Below, piece by piece: positions 1 to 8,280 of a stretch of DNA of 64,000 bases. Source of the stretch: Acidobacteriaceae bacterium (GTDB taxonomy: Bacteria > Acidobacteriota > Terriglobia > Terriglobales > Acidobacteriaceae); the NCBI GenBank assembly GCA_027364815.1, contig DAHXOQ010000001.1, forward strand, positions 119 to 64,118. Reading direction: 5' to 3'. The stretch's first letter is position 1; every line of letters begins with the position of its first letter. The notes below the pieces were generated by a model. The model did no database searches, had not been told where the DNA came from, and saw only the letters and a list, made by a program, of their open reading frames with translations. The position numbers and the translations under genes were made by a program.

Positions 1-135
1 AGAGCTGCTGTGCTGGCCCGGGTGCCATCTATTACCACGCTGGCGGCAGCGAAGGCTGCAGTTGAGGGGATTGCGTCGATTCAGGGACAGAAGCTTTCGG
101 TCTATGCGCTGCAGAATCTTCACGCCGAGAGATGA
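1..135 (+). CDS. 3' end of an unidentified CDS (partial, runs off window start)
   Basis: Frame 1 is open from base 1 to TGA at 133-135 (..[29 protein letters not shown]). Only 44 aa are visible and there is no diagnostic motif. Confidence 0.3.
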   Translation, partial: RAAVLARVPSITTLAAAKAAVEGIASIQGQKLSVYALQNLHAER

Positions 136-351
136 GTCAAATTCTTTTGGTCCATATTTTCAAGATGGTTAACCGAGCAGTTAACATGCCCCACTTTTCG
201 CACTAAAAAGCGGCATATCCACATCGAATTCAACGGAGAATCGCCCATTAAACGAGGAGCTCCTTCGCGCTCGATCTGCGCGGATGGAGTTCCTTTTGTT
301 GTCAGAGTGGGGAACGATGCGCTTCTGATAAGCGCTGATTATTCTTACAGA

Positions 352-428
352 TGGTGCGCCCGGAGAGATTCGAACTCCCGGCCTTCTGGTTCGTAGCCAG
401 ACGCTCTATCCAGCTGAGCTACAGGCGC
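352..428 (-). tRNA. tRNA-Arg (anticodon ACG), CCA encoded
   Basis: The reverse complement folds as a 77-nt cloverleaf: GCGCCTG / TA / GCTC-AGCTGGATA-GAGC / G / TCTGG-CTACGAA-CCAGA / AGGCC / GGGAG-TTCGAAT-CTCTC / CGGGCGC-A-CCA. The anticodon loop CTACGAA gives ACG. Confidence 0.9.
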
Positions 429-494
429 ACACGGGATGGTTCCAAAGAGCGAACCTTAATCAGAATATCAGGATTTTATTGGCGGCGCAACGAT

Positions 495-776
495 TTAGCT
501 TGCCGGCTTAACTTGTTCGCTTTCAGCGGCCGTTGGCTCAGGTTGAGGTGGAATCAGGGAGAGTTCCTCGCTGACTTCCAGGCCTGTCTGGCGGATGAGG
601 CTTGTAACCGTGGCAGCGTTCAGGCGGGTTGCATCGTACTCGACGCGCAAGGTGAGCGCGGCGCGGTCAAATTTTATCGAGCGTATGCCATACACATCGT
701 GGGTGCTGGCGAGCGCTTCAATCACGGCCTGAGAGGGAGCTACGCGGTATGAAAAAAGAAGATCAACGGTCGTCAT
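495..776 (-). CDS. hypothetical small protein (93 aa), ferredoxin-like/HMA-like fold without CxxC
   Basis: Track ORF 495..929(-) trimmed to the ATG at 776 so it no longer overlaps the upstream gene. The pattern ..AVIEALASTHDVYGIRSIKFDRAALTLRVEYDATRLNAATVTSLIRQTGLEV resembles heavy-metal-associated domains but has no cysteines. Confidence 0.45.
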   Translation of the reverse strand: MTTVDLLFSYRVAPSQAVIEALASTHDVYGIRSIKFDRAALTLRVEYDATRLNAATVTSLIRQTGLEVSEELSLIPPQPEPTAAESEQVKPAS

Positions 777-820
777 AGAAAAATGATAGCAGTATTCGTC
801 ATGCTGAATTGTGACGGCTG

Positions 821-1348
821 TCAGAGCTTGTTGAGGAAGTCGACTATTGAAGGGTCGGTCCAGTCCTGTGTACCCACGAATTTGCGGCGAATAATGCCGT
901 TTTTGTCGATAGCGTATGTTTCTGGCCACATGTCAGTGTGAAAGAGAGTGGCGGCGCGCTGCTGGGGGTCTCGGACGGTGATCATGTGCATGTTGTGGCG
1001 GGTGATGAAGTCGCGGTAGTCTTCTTCATTTTCGTCGATACTGACAGCGATGATGGTGATATTGGGGTTCTGGCGCTGAAACTCGATGAGTGAGGGAAGT
1101 TCCTGAACGCAGGGACCACACCAAGAAGCCCAGAAGTTCAAGAGTACGGTCTTACCACGGTAGCTGGCGAGGTGAACTGTGTTTGTGCCATCAGAGACGG
1201 TGAAGTCAGGCGCTTGAACATGCAAGAGTAATGGGCGTGAGCCACGATCGCAGCCTGATGTCATGGCTACGGCAACGATGAGCGAGAGAAGAATGATTCG
1301 AGTAAGCCGCACATACTTATAATACGAAGGAAGAGGCCTGTTCGTCAT
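821..1348 (-). CDS. TlpA/ResA-like thiol:disulfide oxidoreductase (thioredoxin fold), probable lipoprotein
   Basis: WCGPC active-site motif in a redoxin-like context (LLNFWASWCGPCVQELP). The N-terminal hydrophobic signal ends in a lipobox-like AMTSGC. The 351-aa track ORF was trimmed to the ATG at 1348 (175 aa). Confidence 0.85.
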   Translation of the reverse strand: MTNRPLPSYYKYVRLTRIILLSLIVAVAMTSGCDRGSRPLLLHVQAPDFTVSDGTNTVHLASYRGKTVLLNFWASWCGPCVQELPSLIEFQRQNPNITIIAVSIDENEEDYRDFITRHNMHMITVRDPQQRAATLFHTDMWPETYAIDKNGIIRRKFVGTQDWTDPSIVDFLNKL

Positions 1349-2567
1349 GACCGATAAAGATAAATCGGAAGAGAAATTGCTGATATCGAGGGAAAAGCGG
1401 CCGTATACGCCGGTACTGGGGCTGCTGGATGATGCTGATTCGGCAGTAGATGGTGCTGCAGGAGTGGGCGTAACGGCAAACCAGGAGCCAGCTGAGGCGA
1501 GGAACTTCCCTGCTGAGGATGTGGGAACAATTGAGCTTTCGGTAATTATTCCGGCGCGGAATGAGGAGGCTAATCTGGGCGGTTGCCTTGATTCGCTGAT
1601 AAGCCAGTCGGAGTCATTTTTTTCGCTGGGGCAGGATTGGGAGATTTTGGTTGTAGATGACGGATCGACTGATAGGACAGGTGAGATAGCGCGAGAGAAA
1701 AAGGGCGTAAGAGTGCTGGAGGCTGAGCCACTTGTTGATGGGTGGACGGGAAAGTCGAATGCGATTTGGACAGCGGCGAAGAAAGCGCGTGGGCGTTGGC
1801 TACTTTTTACCGATGCGGATACAGTGCATGAGGTTGGGGATCTGCGGCGGGCGATGCACGAGGCGGTGAAGTACAAGGTGGGGTTGCTGAGCTACTCGCC
1901 GAAGCAGTTGACGAGCGGGTGGGAGCAGCGGTCCCTGATGCCACTCATTTTTTGCGAATTGGCGATTAGCTACCCACCCGCGAAAGTTTCAGATCCTGCG
2001 GATAAGTTGGCGGCTGCGAATGGACAGTTCATGCTCTTTTCTCGCGATGCTTACCGGAAAGTTGGCGGACATGCTGCTGTGGCGGAGAGAATTCTCGAAG
2101 ATGTGGAGTTGGCAGCGCTGGCGAAACGGCGAGGAATGGGATTGCGATTCAGGTATGCGCCGGATGCTCTCTCGACGCGAATGTATCGCACGACCGAGCA
2201 AATGAACGAGGGATGGAGCAAGAATCTGGCGTTGTTGTTTGGGAATTGCCGCTCGTTGGCGGCGTGGAGAGTGCTGGATATTTTTCTGCTCTATGGATTG
2301 CCGGTATTGGCCTATCACTATTGGAGATTACAAATTGCTCCGCTGGTGATGGTGCCGTGGCTGACGGCGGGTGTGCTGATTCTGCTGCTTTGGTTGAGGA
2401 ATTTGGTGAGATTTTATGGGCGCGTGAGGAAGTCGAATTTTCCGTGGATGGATTGCCTGATTACGCCGCTGGGATTGCCGAGGTTTGTGTTTCTATTGGT
2501 GCGGAGTTGGTGGCTGCATGCGGTACAAAAGCAGGTCCAGTGGAAGGGCCGCAGCTATAGTGAGTAG
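1347..2567 (+). CDS. family 2 glycosyltransferase with membrane-spanning C-terminal half
   Basis: GT-A motifs SVIIPARNEE, VVDDGSTD and LFTDADT, with a hydrophobic C-terminus. The track start overlaps the start of the divergent gene, so the true start may be downstream. Confidence 0.75.
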   Translation: MTDKDKSEEKLLISREKRPYTPVLGLLDDADSAVDGAAGVGVTANQEPAEARNFPAEDVGTIELSVIIPARNEEANLGGCLDSLISQSESFFSLGQDWEILVVDDGSTDRTGEIAREKKGVRVLEAEPLVDGWTGKSNAIWTAAKKARGRWLLFTDADTVHEVGDLRRAMHEAVKYKVGLLSYSPKQLTSGWEQRSLMPLIFCELAISYPPAKVSDPADKLAAANGQFMLFSRDAYRKVGGHAAVAERILEDVELAALAKRRGMGLRFRYAPDALSTRMYRTTEQMNEGWSKNLALLFGNCRSLAAWRVLDIFLLYGLPVLAYHYWRLQIAPLVMVPWLTAGVLILLLWLRNLVRFYGRVRKSNFPWMDCLITPLGLPRFVFLLVRSWWLHAVQKQVQWKGRSYSE

Positions 2568-2706
2568 TGAAAAAGTGCAGTATTTTCTTTGATGCCACTC
2601 AAATTGCAGAGTAATATTTGAAACAATTGGAGTCTGGCAGCATCAAACAAGAGAATAGTATTTTTATGCGGCTTTCCCGTTCTTTGGTTCAGATGAGGTT
2701 TTGCAA

Positions 2707-3138
2707 ATGGTTCTATTAACCCGACGTGCGACTTTCTCTGCCTCTCATTATTACTGGAATGAGAGTTGGAGCGCCGCTGAAAATGAACGCATCTTTGGGA
2801 AGTGCGCGAACAAATATGGGCATGGACATAACTACACGCTCGAAGTCACGGTGGCGGGTGAACCGGATGCTGTGACTGGGTTTGTGGTGGATTTGAAGAC
2901 GCTCAAAGATGTGATTGAGCGCGATGTCTTGGATGTGTATGATCACCGGCACTTGAATTTGGAAGTGCCGGAGTTTGCGAAAACTATTCCTACAACGGAA
3001 AATATTGCGATTGCGATTTGGCGGAGACTCAATGCGGGATTGAATGTGCTTCCTTCAATGAGGTCAGCGAAGCTTGCGCGTGTGCGCATTTATGAAACTA
3101 CCGAGATATTTGCCGAGTACCGTGGAGAGAGCGCATGA
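2707..3138 (+). CDS. 6-pyruvoyl-tetrahydropterin / 6-carboxy-tetrahydropterin synthase family protein (PTPS/QueD), copy 1
   Basis: Motifs FSASH..GKCANKYGHGHNYTLEV..DHRHLN..PTTENIA. GAGG lies 9 nt before the ATG at 2707 (the track starts at TTG 2701). Confidence 0.85.
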   Translation: MVLLTRRATFSASHYYWNESWSAAENERIFGKCANKYGHGHNYTLEVTVAGEPDAVTGFVVDLKTLKDVIERDVLDVYDHRHLNLEVPEFAKTIPTTENIAIAIWRRLNAGLNVLPSMRSAKLARVRIYETTEIFAEYRGESA

Positions 3139-3554
3139 GCGTAGCGTACTTTGGAAGGCGGTATACATTCAGTGCAGCGCACCGTTTACATACAGAGGCT
3201 CTGACGGCTGAAGAGAATCAGGCTACATATGGGAAGTGCAATAATCCGCATGGACACGGGCACAACTACAAGGTTGAAGTTTTGTGCGGTGGGCAAGTAG
3301 ATGCAGAGACAGGGATGGTCATCAACATGGCCAAGCTTGATGAGATTGTGAAACGTGTTGTTATGGAACGTTTTGACCACATGAATCTAAATCGGGATGA
3401 GATCTTTGAAAAAGAGGTTCCGACGACAGAGAATCTGAGTATTGCAGTTTACGATTTGCTGGAACCAAAGTTGCAGCGAGAAAATGTGCGGCTTGAGAAG
3501 ATTCGCATTGAAGAGACGGAAAACAATTTTTTTGAATATGCCGGAATGAAGTAA
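3135..3554 (+). CDS. PTPS/QueD family protein, copy 2 (eukaryote-like KCNNPHGHGHNY motif)
   Basis: Motifs FSAAHRL..GKCNNPHGHGHNYKVEV..DHMNLN..PTTENLS. ATGA overlap with copy 1. Confidence 0.85.
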   Translation: MSVAYFGRRYTFSAAHRLHTEALTAEENQATYGKCNNPHGHGHNYKVEVLCGGQVDAETGMVINMAKLDEIVKRVVMERFDHMNLNRDEIFEKEVPTTENLSIAVYDLLEPKLQRENVRLEKIRIEETENNFFEYAGMK

Positions 3555-3623
3555 GCGGCGGCGGTGGACAAATTTTGCGGCGAATTGATTCCCCTTGACG
3601 AGTCGCGACAACGGAGATAAGCA

Positions 3624-4259
3624 ATGGCACAACCATTTCCCCTGAATTTAGCACGTGCTACACAAGCGAAGAACAGCGAGGTCGACCTGGCGCAGGCCAC
3701 GACACAGGAACTCTATCGCGAGTTGCTGGGGCGCTTCCATGAGGACCCGACGCGAGATGGATTGATTGATACTCCGCGGCGCATGGAAAAGGCAATGGCG
3801 CATTTGACGAAGGGCTACGCGGAAAATCCTGCGGAGATTTTGCAGAGCGCGCTCTTTGATGTGGATTATGACGAGATGGTGATTGTGCGCGACATTGAGC
3901 TTTTTTCGCTTTGCGAACATCATCTGCTTCCCTTCTACGGCCGTGCGCATGTGGCGTATATTCCGAATGGCAAGGTTGTCGGATTGAGCAAGATTCCGCG
4001 GTTGATCGAGGTTTTCTCACGGCGTCTTCAAGTACAAGAGCGGCTGACGCGTCAGATTGCTGATGCTTTGCAGGAGGCGATCAATCCGCGTGGAGTGGGT
4101 GTGGTAATTGAGGCCAGCCACTTGTGCATGATGATGCGCGGAGTGGAGAAGCAGAATTCTGCGACGGTTACCTCGGCGATGGTCGGGTGCTTTCAGGCCA
4201 AGGAGACGCGTGCAGAGTTTCTGTCACTTGTGACGCGGCCGGGCAACTCTCCCCGCTGA
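3624..4259 (+). CDS. folE: GTP cyclohydrolase I
   Basis: Classic type I FolE motifs: [48 protein letters not shown]. Confidence 0.95.
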   Translation: MAQPFPLNLARATQAKNSEVDLAQATTQELYRELLGRFHEDPTRDGLIDTPRRMEKAMAHLTKGYAENPAEILQSALFDVDYDEMVIVRDIELFSLCEHHLLPFYGRAHVAYIPNGKVVGLSKIPRLIEVFSRRLQVQERLTRQIADALQEAINPRGVGVVIEASHLCMMMRGVEKQNSATVTSAMVGCFQAKETRAEFLSLVTRPGNSPR

Positions 4260-4377
4260 TGAGACGGTAAGCAAGTGGAGCCGATAAAATAGAGATTGCA
4301 GCCAGGCGGGACTGATTTCAGAATTCTGCGATTGGATACTGCAATTCTAGCTTCGTGCAATAAGGGAGAGATTCATC

Positions 4378-5208
4378 ATGGCTCATGGACCTACAATGCC
4401 GGTTCCACAATCGATACCGGGCGTGTCAAAGATTATCGCAGTTGGCTCAGGCAAGGGTGGAGTGGGTAAGACCACTGTAGCCGTGAATTTGGCAATTGCG
4501 CTCTCGCGGCTGGGGCAGCGCGTGGGTTTGATTGATGCGGATATTTATGGGCCGAATGTGCCGATGATGATGGGGTCGAGCCAGCAGCCTCAGGTTGATG
4601 AGCAGAACATGATTCAGCCGAATCTGACGCATGGAATCAAGACGATTTCAATTGGTTATCTTTCACCGGGCGATAAGCCGTTGGTGATGCGTGGGCCGAT
4701 GCTGCACCAGATTATCAAGCAATTGCTGCAACAGGTACAGTGGGGCGAGTTGGATTATCTAATTATTGATTTGCCTCCCGGACCGGGCGATGTGGTGATC
4801 TCGCTGGTGCAGACAGTTCCGCTGACGGGTGCGGTGGTGGTTTCAACGCCTAGCGATGTGAGCCTGCAGGACGCGCGTAAGGCGGTCGAGATGTTTGCCC
4901 AGGTCAATGTGGAGGTGCTTGGAATTGTGGAGAATATGAGCCACTTTACTTGTCCGCATTGCCAGCATGAGATTGATATTTTCTCAAAGGGCGGCGCAGA
5001 GAGAATGGCGGCGCAGTTCAATATTCCCTTTCTTGGGTCGATTGAGTTGATTCCGTCGATTCGCGAGGGTGGAGATCGTGGATTGCCGGTGACGCTGGCT
5101 GGCCCGAAGAGCCCGCAGGCTGCGGAGTTTTATGCAGTGGCACAGAAGCTGACAGGATTTGCAGAAGTTGCGGCGGCCAAGCATACGGATGTGATTGAGA
5201 TCAGCTAG
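4378..5208 (+). CDS. apbC: Mrp/ApbC/NBP35-family Fe-S cluster carrier ATPase
   Basis: Deviant Walker A GSGKGGVGKTT, DLPPGPGD, and CPHCxxxxxxF (FTCPHCQHEIDIF). Confidence 0.9.
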   Translation: MAHGPTMPVPQSIPGVSKIIAVGSGKGGVGKTTVAVNLAIALSRLGQRVGLIDADIYGPNVPMMMGSSQQPQVDEQNMIQPNLTHGIKTISIGYLSPGDKPLVMRGPMLHQIIKQLLQQVQWGELDYLIIDLPPGPGDVVISLVQTVPLTGAVVVSTPSDVSLQDARKAVEMFAQVNVEVLGIVENMSHFTCPHCQHEIDIFSKGGAERMAAQFNIPFLGSIELIPSIREGGDRGLPVTLAGPKSPQAAEFYAVAQKLTGFAEVAAAKHTDVIEIS

Positions 5209-5232
5209 AATTTGAGTTGTACAGGAATAAAA

Positions 5233-5259
5233 AGCGAGGCTGAAGCCTCGCTTTTTTTA
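5233..5259. terminator. bidirectional intrinsic terminator between convergent genes
   Basis: AGCGAGGC-tgaa-GCCTCGCT hairpin flanked by an A-run upstream and a T7 run downstream. Confidence 0.7.
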
Positions 5260-5273
5260 TTGCCGTCAGCAAA

Positions 5274-5567
5274 CTAGCGCCAGTGACCTTCGATCAGAAC
5301 CCAGTGATCGCCACGGTGCACCCAGCGATGAGGAACCCAAACAGCACCTACACGGGGCGGACGATCCCAACGGCCGGGAACCCAGACGTAGTGGTCACGA
5401 TCCCAGCGATGATAGCCAGCTATCCAGACAAAACCACGCTCTGGCGGTGGGCCCGGGCGCTCGACAACTGCGACTGGAGGTGCCGTGCGAATGATGACTT
5501 CCTGTGCAGAGGCTGCAAGAGTCAAAGATGTGAAGGCAAGCAGGAGGGCCAGTACAAACTTTTTCAT
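5274..5567 (-). CDS. secreted YXWGXW/W-rich repeat protein
   Basis: Signal peptide MKKFVLALLLAFTSLTLAASA, then repeated W-x-x-G-[HY]-W type units (FVWIAGYHRW, YVWVPGRW, AVWVPHRW, HWVLIEGHW). Confidence 0.7.
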   Translation of the reverse strand: MKKFVLALLLAFTSLTLAASAQEVIIRTAPPVAVVERPGPPPERGFVWIAGYHRWDRDHYVWVPGRWDRPPRVGAVWVPHRWVHRGDHWVLIEGHWR

Positions 5568-5671
5568 TTCAACGAACTCCTTTGGGGATTGTCGCGGCCT
5601 TAGCTCCGGCTTGCGACTCCTGCAAATACTAACGCGAAATATGCAGAAAAGTTGTTATCGTCATTGAGTAT

Positions 5672-6724
5672 TTATTTTGATATGGAATTTACGATTTCCT
5701 GGTTTATGATTTGCGCCGCGTGCTCGCAATCATCCCGTGTGGCGTCGTTGTGAGTGACAACGCGGATGGAATCAGAGCCGACGGTGCTAATGAAAAGGTT
5801 GCGGATTTTTGCAGCGGCAACAACTTTTGCGGCGGAGACGGGCGGCTTGAGTTTGAAGATAATTATGTTGGTTTCAACGGTAGAGAGATCCAACTCGACG
5901 AAATCACTTTGCGTAAGTGATGTTGCTATCAACTTTGCATTGGCATGATCTTCATGTAGACGTTGGGGCATCTCTTCAAGAGCGATGAGTCCAGCGGCTG
6001 CGAGGATTCCTGCTTGACGCATGCCACCGCCGAGAGCTTTGCGCAGGATGCGAGCTTCTGCCATTAATTCAGCAGAGCCTACAAGCATGGATCCGACTGG
6101 AGCACAAAGGCCTTTCGAGAGACAAAACATGACCGTGTCGCAGCCGCGAGTCATTGCTTTCACGTCAAGATGCAGAGCGGTTGCTGCGTTGAAGATACGT
6201 GCGCCATCCAGATGAACGGGAAGGCCGCGCTCTTTGGCATTGGCCCAGATTTCTTCAATGACAGGCATAGGTATCACGGAACCACCTGCAAGGTTGGCCG
6301 TGTTTTCCAACTCGATGAGCCCCGTGGGTGCGCGAAAGTTTCCTTTGGCGTAGATGACAGGTTCAATATCGCGCCAGGTGAGGATGCCACGCTCGGCGTA
6401 GACGGCGCGGACGAGGCAGCCGCTGAAGACAGCTGTGGTGGCCATCTCCCAATCGAGAATGTGGGAGCGAGATTCGGTGATGATCTCTTGTCCGGGGCGG
6501 GTGTGGAGTCGGATTGCAATCTGATTGCCCATGGTACCGGTGGGGACAAAGAGCGCGGCTTCACGGCCGAAAATTTCAGCGGCACGTTGCTCAAGAGCGT
6601 TGACTGTGGGGTCTTCGCGGTAGACATCATCACCTACTTCAGCATTGGCCATGGCTTTGCGCATGGCATGGGTGGGTCGGGTGACGGTGTCGCTGCGCAG
6701 GTCAATCAATTTGGATTGCGTCAT
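5672..6724 (-). CDS. ltaE: low-specificity L-threonine aldolase (PLP-dependent)
   Basis: N-terminus [46 protein letters not shown] and the internal [11 protein letters not shown] lysine motif. Confidence 0.88.
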   Translation of the reverse strand: MTQSKLIDLRSDTVTRPTHAMRKAMANAEVGDDVYREDPTVNALEQRAAEIFGREAALFVPTGTMGNQIAIRLHTRPGQEIITESRSHILDWEMATTAVFSGCLVRAVYAERGILTWRDIEPVIYAKGNFRAPTGLIELENTANLAGGSVIPMPVIEEIWANAKERGLPVHLDGARIFNAATALHLDVKAMTRGCDTVMFCLSKGLCAPVGSMLVGSAELMAEARILRKALGGGMRQAGILAAAGLIALEEMPQRLHEDHANAKLIATSLTQSDFVELDLSTVETNIIIFKLKPPVSAAKVVAAAKIRNLFISTVGSDSIRVVTHNDATRDDCEHAAQIINQEIVNSISK

Positions 6725-6851
6725 AATGAGAGTGCTCCCTCTGACTTTTCAATATCCATTTTAGATTGCCTTGGCTTCCCTTTCGCTTATGGTGTACCAA
6801 AATTCCGCGATGCTTAGTCAGCCCTTGCAGGTCTATACTGTCGTGAAGCCT

Positions 6852-8195
6852 ATGCAGAAACTAACGACACTCGCCCTAATTGTGGCGCTGCCGATTTTGG
6901 CGGCATCTCAGACGACCACTCCCTCAGCAAAAACCGAATCGAAGGAAGGTACAAAACCCGCAATGAAGAAGACTCTGACGCCGCAAGAGGTTCACCGTTC
7001 AGCGATCGTCATTGATACGCATGCTGATACGCCGCAGCGATTTGTGGACGAGGGGTTTGACCTTTCCGATCCGTTGAAGGGCGGGAATGTGAATCTGGAG
7101 ACGATTCACAAAGGTAATTTGGGTGCGGAGTTCTTTTCTATCTGGGTGGATCCGGAGGAAAACAAGGGGCATTTTGCGCGCCGGACGCTTGAGTTAATTG
7201 ATTCCGTACATCAGCAAGTGGCGAAGCATCCGAAAGAGATGGTTTTAGTGACGACGGCCGATGGAATTGAGCGAGCACATCGCGAGCATAAATTTGCAGC
7301 ACTTATGGGAATTGAGGGCGGGCATTCGATTGAGGGTTCGATTGGGCTGCTGCGTGATTATTACGATCTAGGCGTGCGCTACATGACGCTGACCTGGTCG
7401 AATTCAAATGGCTGGGCCGATAGTTCTGGTGATGCGACGGACGAGACGGTGAAACACACTGAATCGGGACTAAGCGAGTTTGGCAAAGATGTTGTCTACG
7501 AGATGAATCGTCTGGGGATGATGGTAGACATCTCTCATGTTTCGGATAAGACGTTTTACCGCACGCTGGTTATTACACGGGCTCCGGTGATTGCCTCGCA
7601 TTCAGATGCGCGCGCACTCTGTGACGCTCCGCGCAATATGACGGATGATATGCTGCGCGCGGTTGCTCGTGTTGGCGGCCCTGGCTCGAAGGGCGGAGTA
7701 GTGCAGGTGAATTTCTACTCGGCTTTTGTTTCGCAGCAGTATCGCGACGCGCAGAAGGCGATGGGACCTGAGGTAAAGAAAGCTGTTGAGGATTTGAAAG
7801 CCAAGGCCAAGGCACAAGGGCATGAAGCGACCAGTAAGCAGATTGAGGATTTGCAGCGATCCTATGCTGATAAGATTCCTCGCCCGCCGCTCTCTATGTT
7901 GATTGATCACATTGACCACATTGTGAAAGTAGCCGGGATTGATCATGTGGGATTGGGTTCAGATTTTGATGGCGTGAATGGGCAGTTACCAGAGGGGTTG
8001 GATTCGCCGGCCGATTTGCCAAAGATTACCACTGCATTGATGGCGCGTGGTTATTCTCCCGAAGATTGCAGGAAGATTCTTGGTGGCAATTTGCTGCGCG
8101 TAATGCGTGAGGTGGAGCAGGTGGCCAAGCAGTTGCAGGCTGAAGAACGACCGAAGATTACTAACAAGCAGCCATTTGATGAATGGAAGAAATAG
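6852..8195 (+). CDS. membrane/renal-type dipeptidase (peptidase M19), secreted
   Basis: Motifs VIDTHADTP, GIEGGHSIE, LTWSNSN, DISHVSD, SHSDARA, GLGSDFDG. The signal peptide starts at ATG 6852 (the track ORF begins further upstream). Confidence 0.88.
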   Translation: MQKLTTLALIVALPILAASQTTTPSAKTESKEGTKPAMKKTLTPQEVHRSAIVIDTHADTPQRFVDEGFDLSDPLKGGNVNLETIHKGNLGAEFFSIWVDPEENKGHFARRTLELIDSVHQQVAKHPKEMVLVTTADGIERAHREHKFAALMGIEGGHSIEGSIGLLRDYYDLGVRYMTLTWSNSNGWADSSGDATDETVKHTESGLSEFGKDVVYEMNRLGMMVDISHVSDKTFYRTLVITRAPVIASHSDARALCDAPRNMTDDMLRAVARVGGPGSKGGVVQVNFYSAFVSQQYRDAQKAMGPEVKKAVEDLKAKAKAQGHEATSKQIEDLQRSYADKIPRPPLSMLIDHIDHIVKVAGIDHVGLGSDFDGVNGQLPEGLDSPADLPKITTALMARGYSPEDCRKILGGNLLRVMREVEQVAKQLQAEERPKITNKQPFDEWKK

Positions 8196-8212
8196 TCAGT
8201 GACCTTGATTTA

Positions 8213-8226
8213 AAATCTGAGATTTG
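8213..8226 (+). repeat. copy 1 of the palindromic 14-mer AAATCTGAGATTTG, 17 nt after a stop codon
   Basis: Exact 14-nt match to 13178-13191. The core TGAGATTT also occurs at 9946-9953, again just after a stop codon. Confidence 0.6.
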
Positions 8227-8280
8227 CAGGATACGCACACGAACTGTGCGTTGTGACTAAATTTCTGTGGAGTGAATGAA

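Noticed and set aside
136-351. tRNA-adjacent integration site or genomic island next to tRNA-Arg
   Set aside because: There is no integrase, no direct repeat of the tRNA 3' end, and the flanking genes are ordinary. Only tiny ORFs of 13-14 codons are present.
351-752. 133-aa + strand track ORF
   Set aside because: Its 5' end is the antisense of tRNA-Arg (352-428) and the rest overlaps the better-supported minus-strand small ORF. The sequence is not protein-like.
2568-2706. preQ1 or THF riboswitch in front of the PTPS/folE genes
   Set aside because: I could not match the region to the preQ1-I/II or THF consensus elements that I remember. Only a generic hairpin is visible, and it is reported separately as a low-interest candidate.
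5200-5209. Identical ATCAGCTAGA stop contexts at the apbC end (5200-5209, ..VIEIS*) and the ppiB end (13161-13170, ..VIERIS*), each followed by ATTTGAG
   Set aside because: A 10-mer plus a 7-mer is suggestive, but the upstream coding sequences are unrelated. Chance similarity cannot be excluded without genome-wide statistics.
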